Counted from the first letter of the stretch, positions 47,932 to 57,785 are shown. The stretch is DNA of 64,000 bases from Hellea sp. (GCA_020629195.1 JAHDDT010000002.1:1980-65979), one strand, 5' to 3'. Numbers and translations: made by a program. The notes: generated from the sequence alone by a model not told the origin.

Positions 47932-49221
47932 ATGGACCTCATCAGCCCTAATCTTAAACTTCCTTATTTGGCCCCCGCTCAGGCCCAAAAACATGTCACT
48001 CATAATGAAGCGCTTCGACAATTAGACGCCATTGTTCAACTTTCTGTTCTCAGTGAAATCAATGAACCGCCCGACAGTCCGCAAAATGGAGATTGTTACA
48101 TTGTGGGGGCAAACCCTTCGGGGAGTTTCGCCGATAAGATATATAACGTCGCGGCTTATCAAGATGATGCTTGGACCTTTATGACTCCAAATTTGGGTTG
48201 GAGGAGCTATGTTCAGGATGTCGCTGAATTTAAAATATTTGGCGGAGATGGCTGGAATAACCTAACGGAAAATGGCGGAGCTAACGACTCCTCGCCAATT
48301 TTTGGAGTTAATACGACAGCAGATGAAACGAACCGTCTTGCTGTAAGGTCTTTGGCAAGTCTTTTTGATGATGAAGGACATGGGCATCAACTTAAGATCA
48401 ACAAATCCAATGACGCCGATATGGCGAGCCTCTTATTCCAAAGCGGTTATGCAGGTCGAGCCGAAATAGGCCTAACGGGGGACACGAATCTTCATCTAAA
48501 AACAAGCCCTGATGGCCAAAATTTTCGAGATGTTTTAATAGCCGATACCCGCACCGGGGCGCTTCAAACGCCCTATGGATTGAACCCCGCGCTCATGACA
48601 CAGCCAACACTGGCTTGCGGTGGCCCGGATAGTTTTTATGGATTGCCCTCGGCAAGTTCAATTGTTGTCGGGCGCAATAATTTATCTTTGGTTTCAGGCC
48701 GTATGATATTCACGGCCATCTATCTTGACCGCGAGTCAGTTCTCGAGGGTGGCTTTGTCACGCAACATAGCGCGAGCAGCGATACAGATGCGGTTATGCG
48801 TTGCGGACTTTATCACTTGGGTGCCGCCAATGGTAATGCTTGGGATATAGGTGACCTCATTCATGACTTTGGAACGGTTCCTGCCGATGGGGCGGGTCAT
48901 AAAACATACGACTTGGCTACGCCTCTGACATTGCCTCAAGGATGGTATGCCTTTGCTGTGGGCGTAAACGGAACAGGTGCGGCAGTCCGCTATATCCAAA
49001 GTCGCCAACCAGGGCTTGGATATATACAGCCTCATGGGAGCGGAGCCGCATCTGACATTCGTTTCGGAGGGCCAACGTCCTATATGTTAGATTCTACTGC
49101 CTCAGCAGAAATACAAAATGGCCTCTCTGCGAATTGGCCGTCAAACCCCATTGCAATCGTGGCTGCCGTTAACAGCTACGCTTATAATATCTTTATTCCG
49201 AAATGGGCGAGTTGGACATGA
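47932..49221 (+). CDS. DUF2793-domain protein (GTA/phage fibre-like)
   Basis: LPYLAPAQAQKHVTHNEALRQLDAIVQ, GVNTTADETNRLAV, LFQSGYAGRAEIGL. Confidence 0.88.
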   Translation: MDLISPNLKLPYLAPAQAQKHVTHNEALRQLDAIVQLSVLSEINEPPDSPQNGDCYIVGANPSGSFADKIYNVAAYQDDAWTFMTPNLGWRSYVQDVAEFKIFGGDGWNNLTENGGANDSSPIFGVNTTADETNRLAVRSLASLFDDEGHGHQLKINKSNDADMASLLFQSGYAGRAEIGLTGDTNLHLKTSPDGQNFRDVLIADTRTGALQTPYGLNPALMTQPTLACGGPDSFYGLPSASSIVVGRNNLSLVSGRMIFTAIYLDRESVLEGGFVTQHSASSDTDAVMRCGLYHLGAANGNAWDIGDLIHDFGTVPADGAGHKTYDLATPLTLPQGWYAFAVGVNGTGAAVRYIQSRQPGLGYIQPHGSGAASDIRFGGPTSYMLDSTASAEIQNGLSANWPSNPIAIVAAVNSYAYNIFIPKWASWT

Positions 49222-49226
49222 TGGGC

Positions 49227-49931
49227 TTAGCGGCAAGCGCTGCTAGGGCCCATATCTACATGAAAGTGATCATGATGTGCGGAGTTGTAATCGGGGCTTA
49301 AGGTGACGCGGAATATTTTGCAGGCTTTATGCCGGGTTTCGCGAAGGAATTTACGGCGGGTTTTATCTTCGCCTGTCCAGTCTCTTTTAACTGAAATAAG
49401 GCGCCCATCTTTAAGCTCAAACCCCGTAACGTCCCACGCATTTGCGAAAGCATGTTCACTCCATTGGCCCGAATTATTTCCATTTTGGCGGCGGCAACTA
49501 TAGGTGCCAACATGGTGAATGGTTTCCAGTGCTGACCCAAAGTGTTTTTGTGCTAGAGTATCAACTTCTCTTAACCACATATAGGCCCCGACTGCCAAAG
49601 GGCATTGCATATTGGCTTCGCCGGGCTTGAGCGTGCCGTTGCCGCTGCCGTAAACGACACGCGCAATGTCCCATCCGCAACCCGAGTTAGTTTTTTGGGG
49701 ATCGGCAGGAATAGAGTTAAATTCCTTGGTGTCCCTAGCCATATCCATACAGACATCTGAAGAGGAGAGGCTCATCCTTAAAAATTGGCTCTTTGTGGAA
49801 AGCCCTAAAGGGGCTTCAGGGTTAAGTTGCTTCCAAGGTAAATGTTGAGGTGGGATATTTCGGTCAAGCGCAACGACGCTCAATGACAAAATCGCAACAA
49901 ACAGAGCTATAAATAGCGTGGGTTTCCACAT
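49227..49931 (-). CDS. Extensin-like C-terminal domain protein
   Basis: GTYSCR, SEHAFANAWDV, LSPDYN.AHHDHFHVD. Confidence 0.9.
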   Translation of the reverse strand: MWKPTLFIALFVAILSLSVVALDRNIPPQHLPWKQLNPEAPLGLSTKSQFLRMSLSSSDVCMDMARDTKEFNSIPADPQKTNSGCGWDIARVVYGSGNGTLKPGEANMQCPLAVGAYMWLREVDTLAQKHFGSALETIHHVGTYSCRRQNGNNSGQWSEHAFANAWDVTGFELKDGRLISVKRDWTGEDKTRRKFLRETRHKACKIFRVTLSPDYNSAHHDHFHVDMGPSSACR

Positions 49932-49949
49932 AGTGCGAGACTAACCGAA

Positions 49950-50744
49950 TTAACCGACAATACAAATGACTTGCGCTATACGGCGCTCACGGCGGAGGCG
50001 GTCCGCTTGCAAACCATAGCTTTGTAAAGACAAAGCTTGCGCGTCCTCAGAGGTTTTCTTGATTAAGTCTTGTAAATTTTCAGGCGCAACCGTGTAGATC
50101 CTTCCACGGCGTGGGCTTTCGGCAGAAACTACGCCGATTACTTCACCATCTTCATCCATGACGGGGGCGCCTGATAATCCGCCTAATGATCCAAACAAAC
50201 CTCTTGTGCGTCCAATTTCAGACCATGCCAAAATAGCTTCATTTGATTTATAGCGGCCTGTTACAATCATGCGGTTGCGAGCCAATAATGCCCCGACAAC
50301 TTCGCCTGGACGGCCTTGAGGGAAACCAAAAAAGAAACCGTGCTCTCCAATTTGTCGTTTGCTGTAGAGATCGCTTGCAAGTGGTTTTCTCTCCCAAAGG
50401 CCAGTCAATATAGCTGTATCAGAGTCTTTTGAAACAAAGCTCTCTACCCGCATAACTTGACGGCCACTAATTTTTATTCCGACTTGATCACAGCTATCGA
50501 CCACATGCCGTGCGGTCATCCATTTTCCTGACCCGTCTATGGCAAACGCTGTGCCTATGCCTGAGCTTTCTCTCTCAACATTGACGATTATTCTTTCATC
50601 CCGAGGTGTTTCATTAGGTAGCATCGGGCCAAGTTCGGGCGGAGGGTGCGGTGCATCTATTTTTTGAGAGGCCCTATTAGCATTGGCATATATGGCAATA
50701 ATAATTACCAAATATATCAACCAATCAGGTATTTTCCGCCACAT
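49950..50744 (-). CDS. Trypsin-like (S1) serine protease, membrane anchored
   Basis: Catalytic triad TARHVV, DTAIL, GLSGAPV. Confidence 0.88.
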   Translation of the reverse strand: MWRKIPDWLIYLVIIIAIYANANRASQKIDAPHPPPELGPMLPNETPRDERIIVNVERESSGIGTAFAIDGSGKWMTARHVVDSCDQVGIKISGRQVMRVESFVSKDSDTAILTGLWERKPLASDLYSKRQIGEHGFFFGFPQGRPGEVVGALLARNRMIVTGRYKSNEAILAWSEIGRTRGLFGSLGGLSGAPVMDEDGEVIGVVSAESPRRGRIYTVAPENLQDLIKKTSEDAQALSLQSYGLQADRLRRERRIAQVICIVG

Positions 50745-50749
50745 TAACT

Positions 50750-51163
50750 TTAGCCAGCAATAGCAAAAGCGAGAATAATGGAACCGGCCAACTTGAATGA
50801 CGCTAAGACTGTTGCCGCAGGAACTTCATCATTCACAATGCGCTCAGGCATGCCTTTGAAAATTCCATCCGTAAGCCGGAATAAAAAGAGCTGTAAAAAT
50901 AGGCTTAAAGTGCCCCAAATAGCAACATCTAGCAGGCCTAACTTGTTTATAAGACAAGCTGAAAGCGGAAGGGCTAAACTGATGACTAATGCACTAAATG
51001 TAATAGCGGCAGCCATATTCCCATTTTGAACAAGCTCCAGCTCTTTATGGGGGGTCAGTTTCACATAGATAAATAGTCCTGCTAGATAAATTACCGTAAC
51101 AACTAGCAAATAAAATATAAGCCACGGGAACCCATTGGCGAGACTGTCTAGCGTAGGTGGCAT
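50750..51163 (-). CDS. DUF350 membrane protein
   Basis: YVKLTPHKE..LV..GNMAAA; 4 TM segments. Confidence 0.88.
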   Translation of the reverse strand: MPPTLDSLANGFPWLIFYLLVVTVIYLAGLFIYVKLTPHKELELVQNGNMAAAITFSALVISLALPLSACLINKLGLLDVAIWGTLSLFLQLFLFRLTDGIFKGMPERIVNDEVPAATVLASFKLAGSIILAFAIAG

Positions 51164-51224
51164 AAGTGTCCTCGGTCTTAGATCTAAATTTTGATGTGGG
51201 AGGCAAAAAGAAAATTCAAGTTAT

Positions 51225-52394
51225 TTATTCCGCTGAATTAGATTTTTCTAACTTACGCCGTTCACTTGCACGTATCTTTTCGGATTCTGACTTTAATTGT
51301 CCGCAGGCCGCTAAAATATCTCGGCCCCGCGGAGTTCGGATAGGCGAGGCATAACCTGCGCGATTAACGATATCTGCAAATGTTTCAATCGTGTCCCAAT
51401 CTGAACACTCATATTGACTGCCCGGCCAAGGATTGAAGGGGATAAGATTTACTTTTGCTGGGATACCTTTCAGCAACTTTATAAGCTGCTTGGCATGCCA
51501 TGGTTGATCATTGACGTCTTTGAGCATGACATATTCAAATGTTATGCGGCGGGAATTGGAAAGGCCTGGATAATCTCGGCAGGCTTGCATGAGGTCTTTA
51601 AGCGGGTATTTGCGGTTGATCGGCATGATTTCCTCGCGCAGTTCGTCATTGGCCGCATGAAGCGAAATAGCCAGCATAGCCGAGGTGCGCGCTCCCATAG
51701 GACCTATCTCAGGCACAACACCTGAAGTGGAGACTGTAATCCTGCGGCGGCCAATTCCCAGACCTTCAGGGTCACAAATAATGTCGAGGCTGTCACCAAC
51801 TTGCTCTGTATTATAAAGCGGCTCGCCCATGCCCATGAAAACAATATTGGTTAGTTTGCGGTTTTCTTGTGTGGTAGGCCATTCACCCAAATCATCTCGC
51901 GCCGCAATGACTTGTAACACAATCTCCTGAGCCGTTAAGTTACGGACCAGTTTTTGGGTGCCCGTGTGACAAAATTTACAAGTGAGAGTGCAGCCGACTT
52001 GTGACGAAACGCATAGCGCACCTGTCTTAGAGACATCTGGAATAAAGACGCTTTCAACTTCAATGCCTGGGGCCATTCTAATGAGGTATTTACGGGTCCC
52101 GTCAACGCTAATCTGCCGCTCGATAATTTCAGGCCGCGCTAGAGAAAAAGCGGCTTCCAATTCTGCGCGAAGACCCTTCGCAATGTTGGTCATTTGCGAC
52201 CAATCTGTCACGCCATAATTATAAATCCAGTGAAAGATTTGCTTCGTTCGCATGCGGACTTTTTTAGGGTCAATTCCAAATTCTGTCAGATGCTCGGCTA
52301 TGTCTTTTCTACCAAGCCCGACCAAGCGGACGCGGTTGTCGGCGGGTTGCGCCGCCGCCCCTATTGGAGTGTTCGATATTAAAGTCGTACTCAT
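51225..52394 (-). CDS. rlmN: Dual-specificity 23S rRNA m2A2503 / tRNA m2A37 methyltransferase
   Basis: [33 protein letters not shown]. Confidence 0.97.
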   Translation of the reverse strand: MSTTLISNTPIGAAAQPADNRVRLVGLGRKDIAEHLTEFGIDPKKVRMRTKQIFHWIYNYGVTDWSQMTNIAKGLRAELEAAFSLARPEIIERQISVDGTRKYLIRMAPGIEVESVFIPDVSKTGALCVSSQVGCTLTCKFCHTGTQKLVRNLTAQEIVLQVIAARDDLGEWPTTQENRKLTNIVFMGMGEPLYNTEQVGDSLDIICDPEGLGIGRRRITVSTSGVVPEIGPMGARTSAMLAISLHAANDELREEIMPINRKYPLKDLMQACRDYPGLSNSRRITFEYVMLKDVNDQPWHAKQLIKLLKGIPAKVNLIPFNPWPGSQYECSDWDTIETFADIVNRAGYASPIRTPRGRDILAACGQLKSESEKIRASERRKLEKSNSAE

Positions 52395-52446
52395 ATAACG
52401 CGGCCCTTATCATGCCGAGGCACAGGCGTCACCGTTTTTTACAGAC

Positions 52447-53946
52447 CTAAGCGCGTTGCCATCTTGAGGGGCCTTTACTCTCTTTAACGAGTCTGCCCAG
52501 GTCACCGATAGGATAGCGAGATTTATCCATGAGCCAAGTCATAGACTCGGTGTCCTTCCCGTCTATTCTGGCCAAGCTACGGTCCCCATTTTCGAGCCGC
52601 GCCATAATAGCCGCATGTGAGGGTGATCCGTCGCGGTTGGTTAGGATTGCAAAGCTCTCAATCTGAGCAGGGCCCGTAGCATCTGCTATGATGTTGGGCA
52701 CCGCGCCTCGCGCCGAGTCGGCATTCTCTTGGGCATTATCATTTTCTACCAAAACAGCTAGATCATCGGGCGTTTTTGAAAGCCGCAAGCCATAGTGTTT
52801 TGTGACATATTCACCTTGGCCGTAGAGCAATCCTGTAGGTTCACCATTTCGAATTTTACGCACCATAGCGCAGCTGGCGTGAGTCATATAATTATTAAGC
52901 GGCGCGCCAAAGAAGCTCATACCACCAGTAACCGTTGAAGGCGTGTCAATCTCACGACCTAGAATACGCCGCGCCATTTTAGGGACCACTGGGAAGCATG
53001 AATAAAGTTCTGCTGGTTCTGTGGCTGAGCTGCTAGATTTCAAGGCGCCCAAAACAGCCTCTTGAGCTGGGCTTTCATAATAATTTGCGCGCGCCAAAAA
53101 ATCACGCGGCTCATTGGCTCCTGCGCCTTGCGTGACGAAGACGCATTTTTCTTTTGCAATACCTAGCTCAAGAGCGATCTGAAGAGAGGTGATTATAATC
53201 GCGGCACTTTGATTGACATTCATGCTGGCCACCATTGATTTAGTATAAGGCCAAGCCACGATACGGTTCTTGGATGTGGGTGATAAAATATCTTTACCTG
53301 TCATATTTACAGGTCCCCAACTCTGGGGGTTCTGCCCTGCAATCCTTGATGATATTTCCAGTATTTTCGCGGTCTCACGATCAGCGTCTTGCGGACTCTG
53401 GCCCCAATGCGCGGCTGTGGCGGCTTCGAAAAGGGGGTAGATGTTAAGCGGTAGGTAAAGCCCGAGTTGCAATGAAAGCGGATGTATCGCGCCGGGCGTG
53501 TCGGCAAAATTAGGGCCATCATTGGCAAAGGGTGACCAAGGCGGCATCTGTCCTGACCTTTGAGCGCTAACCAAACTATATTGTGCTTCGCCTCCGACAA
53601 TCGCGGAGACTTTGCAGCGACCTTCCGCAATATTTATCGCGGCTTCATGAATATATTTTAGTGGCGTTTGCCCTCCTGAGGGTCCTAAAACGGCGCGTTT
53701 GGGAGATATATTCAAGGCCTTGCTCAGCTCACCTGCCAAATCAGAATATCGCCAGCTCATTGGCATAACTACGTCTAGTGAGTCTATTTTGGCTAGAGCC
53801 TTGCCGCCGCAATCCTGATTTGCCGTTTCCAAAGCTTTAGCCATCATCTCAAGAGGTTCTAAGCTTTTCGAAATATCGTCCGGGCGTTCACTATATTCGC
53901 CTATACCTATTATGACGGGTTGGCGTTCGGTTGAGGTCTTGGACAT
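52447..53946 (-). CDS. Thiolase-like protein (TLP1-type) with C-terminal extension
   Basis: PVIIGIG, GGEA, NVNQSAAII, LYSCFP, TGGMSFFGAPLNNY. Confidence 0.8.
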   Translation of the reverse strand: MSKTSTERQPVIIGIGEYSERPDDISKSLEPLEMMAKALETANQDCGGKALAKIDSLDVVMPMSWRYSDLAGELSKALNISPKRAVLGPSGGQTPLKYIHEAAINIAEGRCKVSAIVGGEAQYSLVSAQRSGQMPPWSPFANDGPNFADTPGAIHPLSLQLGLYLPLNIYPLFEAATAAHWGQSPQDADRETAKILEISSRIAGQNPQSWGPVNMTGKDILSPTSKNRIVAWPYTKSMVASMNVNQSAAIIITSLQIALELGIAKEKCVFVTQGAGANEPRDFLARANYYESPAQEAVLGALKSSSSATEPAELYSCFPVVPKMARRILGREIDTPSTVTGGMSFFGAPLNNYMTHASCAMVRKIRNGEPTGLLYGQGEYVTKHYGLRLSKTPDDLAVLVENDNAQENADSARGAVPNIIADATGPAQIESFAILTNRDGSPSHAAIMARLENGDRSLARIDGKDTESMTWLMDKSRYPIGDLGRLVKESKGPSRWQRA

Positions 53947-53948
53947 AA

Positions 53949-54221
53949 TCAGGCTGCGGCCTGTTCCATGGCTTTTGCGAGGGTGACATCTTTTTCCGTC
54001 ACGCCGCCAGCATCGTGTGTTGTGAGGGTGATATCAACGCGATTATAAACATTAAACCACTCTGGATGATGATCCATCTTGTCGGCAATGATAGCGATAC
54101 GCGCCATAAATCCAAAAGCTTCGGCGAAATCTGTAAATTTGAAGACCTTTGTGATAAAGTCATCACCGCCCGTCCAACCGTTTAGCTCTGCGGCCACATC
54201 TTTTGGGTTTAAAATGTCCAT
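53949..54221 (-). CDS. phhB: Pterin-4-alpha-carbinolamine dehydratase
   Basis: [30 protein letters not shown]. Confidence 0.95.
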   Translation of the reverse strand: MDILNPKDVAAELNGWTGGDDFITKVFKFTDFAEAFGFMARIAIIADKMDHHPEWFNVYNRVDITLTTHDAGGVTEKDVTLAKAMEQAAA

Positions 54222-54463
54222 TATGCACTCCTAATGACTTTTGCGAAAAGTTAATCGTGATCTTTGCGTAACATTAAGCGGAAATATTGACCTCTGAAAG
54301 TCAAAACTTATCTGTCTTCTCCAAAGGTGACATATAGAGTGCATAATTAATCGCGTTTGCCGCACAGTCCTGAAACAATTTCAGGATTTAAGGAAGGACA
54401 ATAATCTTATTTAAGACATAAGATTGTCATAGGCTGTTCATTTTTTCCTCGTAAGACTAAAAC

Positions 54464-54847
54464 ATGTCAGTTGAACCCCTCCTTTTCTTATCTGTTCTAA
54501 AACAGCCATTTAGAGTGTGTATGGGAATTTATAGCCTTTTTCTTATTTGGGTTTCTTTGCGCCCAGCTGGAACAGGCGGATCTATACCGCATTTGGATAA
54601 AGTGCTGCATCTGATCGTTTATGCGATTTTAGCGGGAGGTATAGCTATAGCCTGGCCAAAACTCTCGAGGTTTCATATTTTTTGGGGCTGTATTGTCTTT
54701 GGCGCAGCACTTGAAATCGCACAAGGCCTGATGGCGGCGGGCCGGACGGCATCACTTTGGGATGGCCTCGCAAATAGTCTTGGCGCAGCCTTGGGCATCT
54801 ATATTGCGGTCATAATTAGTCGATTTTTCTTCCTTAAAGCGAAATAA
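54464..54847 (+). CDS. VanZ-family membrane protein
   Basis: DKVLH..VYA, EIAQ..GRTASLWD..ANSLG. Confidence 0.88.
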   Translation: MSVEPLLFLSVLKQPFRVCMGIYSLFLIWVSLRPAGTGGSIPHLDKVLHLIVYAILAGGIAIAWPKLSRFHIFWGCIVFGAALEIAQGLMAAGRTASLWDGLANSLGAALGIYIAVIISRFFFLKAK

Positions 54848-54994
54848 ACTCCGCAAATTCACTGTCAGGAAGATATATTTTCCTAACTTACTGCTTTCTT
54901 ATGGCGACAAGCTCGACTTAGCATATTATTTGCAGAGGGGACGTGTTATGATCGCAGCATGCGGCAAGAGTGATGACAGTAAAGGGTGAAAACC

Positions 54995-56209
54995 ATGACA
55001 AAACTTAAATCTATTAAAACGATCGCTATATTATTAGCTGGCACGACATTGGCGCCCACAGCTTTTGCGGGTGGACAGGGACATCCTGGTTACACACCTG
55101 ACTTATTGCCCCCGAGTTCGAATGCAGGAGAATGTTATGCGCGCGTAGAGGTGCCAGCACAATATTCAACGGGTTCAGAGCAAGTCTTGGTTGAAGAGGG
55201 CTATTCTACAGTCGAAGTGGCTCAGCCAACACTCGCGCAGCGCCAGGAAAGCGTGATGGTTAAAGAACCCAGCGTGCGTTACCGCGTCACTCAGCCAAGC
55301 TATCGTTCTGTGACCGAGCAAATGTTGGTGCGTCCTGCCTATGACAAGCTCACAGTTTCAGCGCCGCAATTTTCGACAGTGACAGAAACGGTTCAAACAT
55401 CGGCTCCCCGCCTTGTTTGGAAACGCGGAAACCCAGGCAAGCTTGCGGCTCAAGGCTACACCATCCATTCTACGGCTGATGGTGGACGTTTTGGTCAAGG
55501 TTACAGCAATACCCAGCAATATCTTGCGGGCGGCGGCGATAAATGCGGCCCAACTTGTGAAATATGGTGCCTTGTTGAAGAGCCAGGTGAGCAGGTTGAA
55601 TTTAACCGAAAGGTGATGACGTCTCCGGGCCAGGTTCGCCGGCAAAGCGTTCCCGCTAAATATAAGACTATTCATAAGCAGGTTGTCTCTAATCCGGGAG
55701 GCGTAGAAGAAATCCCTGTCCCGGCTGAGTACCGTACGGTTATGGTTGAAGATGTTGTTGACCCCGGCGGAGAACGTGTCGTGAATGTTCCGCCTAAATT
55801 CGCTGAGGTCGCCACAAAGACTTTGGTTGCGCCGTCACGCTATGAATGGCGACGTGTTCTCTGTGCGCCAGGGACAGGCTCTATTAAATCAAGCGCTGAT
55901 TACGCTGCGCCGTCTACAGGATATAGTGTTGGGGGAACTCATCATTATTCAAGCAGTTCGGCAAGCGGCCACTCCTCAGCTATCCAGAGTTCCAGTACGT
56001 CTTACCCGTCTGGCTACACATCAGGGCAAACGCATCATTATGGTACGCATACATCATCTAGTGGAACGGTTCCAGGGTCGCGCGTTGTCACAGGGTCCGG
56101 CTATTATGGTGGTTATGACGACAATAAAGCGACGCATCATAGCTCAGGTAATGTTAGCGACTATGAATATAGACAAAAAGCTAAGCGTAAGCGTAAAACT
56201 TGGCACTAA
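54995..56209 (+). CDS. Exported Val/Pro-repeat protein with Ser/Gly/His/Tyr-rich tail
   Basis: Signal peptide; GECYARV, repeated VPA.Y.T..V units, WCLVE, EWRRVLC. Confidence 0.8.
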   Translation: MTKLKSIKTIAILLAGTTLAPTAFAGGQGHPGYTPDLLPPSSNAGECYARVEVPAQYSTGSEQVLVEEGYSTVEVAQPTLAQRQESVMVKEPSVRYRVTQPSYRSVTEQMLVRPAYDKLTVSAPQFSTVTETVQTSAPRLVWKRGNPGKLAAQGYTIHSTADGGRFGQGYSNTQQYLAGGGDKCGPTCEIWCLVEEPGEQVEFNRKVMTSPGQVRRQSVPAKYKTIHKQVVSNPGGVEEIPVPAEYRTVMVEDVVDPGGERVVNVPPKFAEVATKTLVAPSRYEWRRVLCAPGTGSIKSSADYAAPSTGYSVGGTHHYSSSSASGHSSAIQSSSTSYPSGYTSGQTHHYGTHTSSSGTVPGSRVVTGSGYYGGYDDNKATHHSSGNVSDYEYRQKAKRKRKTWH

Positions 56210-56239
56210 CGCATCGCAAGAGAATAAGCTAAATGAGAT

Positions 56240-56271
56240 AAAGCCCGCTCAATTGAAGCGGGCTTTTTTTT
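56240..56271 (+). terminator. Rho-independent (probably bidirectional) terminator
   Basis: aaagcccgct-caattga-agcgggcttt followed by a T run. Confidence 0.88.
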
Positions 56272-56318
56272 GGGATTTTAGGATATTTCCAGTCTTTGAA
56301 TCTAGATCACAAATTTGG

Positions 56319-57785
56319 CTACATATCATCTTGATCGATAAGGCCATCATTCGCGATTTTGTCTTTGTCAAAATACTCTTTTGCGAGTTTGAAGACGACA
56401 GGTGAGAGCAAGATCAGCGCAATGAGGTTTGGCGCAGCCATAAGGCCTGTCAAACTATCGGCAATCAACCAGAAGGTTGCGACAACCATGTTGTCACCGC
56501 CTGTTTCGAAAGACAGTGCAAAGGTTGAAGCGAAAACAGCTAAAACCCAAAAAACACGGAAAACAGGGATTGATCTCTCTTTAAAAATAAAGGCCGCACA
56601 ACGTTCTCCGTAATAGCTCCAGCCAATGATAGTGGTGAAGGCAAAGATACACAGGCAGATCGTAACGATATGTTCTCCGAATCCAATAAGTGTAGCGTCA
56701 AAAGCTGCAGCTGTAAGCGGAACGCCAATTTCGCAGCCCTCAGGTGTTGAACCAGATTGCAGCATTTCGAGGATGGCGGGGCTAGCCAGACAGTCAGCCG
56801 TCATAACGCCGGAGGTCAGAATGACTAAGGCTGTGATGGTACAGATAATCAACGTATCGATGATTGTGCCTAGCATGGCGATAATGCCTTGATTGACAGG
56901 GTCATTATTCTGAGCTGCTGCATGAGCGATCGGGGCAGAACCCTGGCCGGCTTCGTTCGAGAACAAACCCCGCGCGACACCCTTTTGCATGGCAAGCATC
57001 ATAAGGCCTATTGTTATACCCGTACCTGCACCTTGAAGACCAAAGGCACCTTGAAAAATGAGGCCGAAAGCTGCTGGGACTTGTCCGATATTCGCAGCAA
57101 TTACGATGAGGGCTGCAACGATGTAAATAACAGCCATGAAGGGTACGAGCTTAGAGGCTACCGCGCCAATACGCTTAATGCCGCCAAAGATTACCCCCGC
57201 AACTAAGGCTGACAAAATGAAAGCAACAATTCGTGGATCAAAATTATAAGCACTCTTCAGAGCGTCTGCGATAGAGTTAGCTTGAACTGCATTGCCTGTG
57301 GAGAGAGAGCCGATAATGCCAAATGTGGCAAATGCTGCTGCTAGCCACATAAATTTAGGTCCCAGACCGTTTTTAATGTAGTACATTGGTCCGCCGACAC
57401 GGTTCCCATTAGCATCAATTTCGCGGTAACGTACGGCAAGTACGCCTTCGCCAAATTTTGTAGCTGTACCAAGAATGGCCGTAACCCACATCCAAAACAC
57501 GGCGCCAGGTCCGCCAATAGCGATGGCAGCCGCGACGCCAGCAATATTTCCTGTTCCGACTGTGGAAGAAAGTGCGGTCATGAGCGCGGCGAAAGGAGAG
57601 ACGTCACCTTCTTCAGCATTTACACGCTTTTTAAAAAGTTGGCGGAAACCATATCCAATTTTCGTCAGGGATATGAAGCGTAATCCGACAGTGAGGAAAA
57701 ATCCAACACCGAGCAACAAGACCATCATAGGGGGGCCCCAGACGAAGTTGTTCAAGCTTTCCATAAGCGATGCAAAGGTTTCCAT
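56319..57785 (-). CDS. Alanine/glycine:cation symporter (AGCS, AlsT-like)
   Basis: VGTGNIAGVA, GGPGAVFWMW, GGPMYY, RGLFSNEAG, WSYYGE; start at ATG 57785. Confidence 0.95.
   Translation of the reverse strand: METFASLMESLNNFVWGPPMMVLLLGVGFFLTVGLRFISLTKIGYGFRQLFKKRVNAEEGDVSPFAALMTALSSTVGTGNIAGVAAAIAIGGPGAVFWMWVTAILGTATKFGEGVLAVRYREIDANGNRVGGPMYYIKNGLGPKFMWLAAAFATFGIIGSLSTGNAVQANSIADALKSAYNFDPRIVAFILSALVAGVIFGGIKRIGAVASKLVPFMAVIYIVAALIVIAANIGQVPAAFGLIFQGAFGLQGAGTGITIGLMMLAMQKGVARGLFSNEAGQGSAPIAHAAAQNNDPVNQGIIAMLGTIIDTLIICTITALVILTSGVMTADCLASPAILEMLQSGSTPEGCEIGVPLTAAAFDATLIGFGEHIVTICLCIFAFTTIIGWSYYGERCAAFIFKERSIPVFRVFWVLAVFASTFALSFETGGDNMVVATFWLIADSLTGLMAAPNLIALILLSPVVFKLAKEYFDKDKIANDGLIDQDDM

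Noticed and set aside
54220-54347. MITE or 6S RNA explanation for the 11-bp inverted repeat
   Set aside because: One arm is the phhB RBS and start; no target-site duplication; no zapA/ygfA context; kept as a regulatory candidate instead
55785-56405. 206-aa alternative-frame ORF
   Set aside because: Overlaps two better-supported genes and runs through a terminator; no motif
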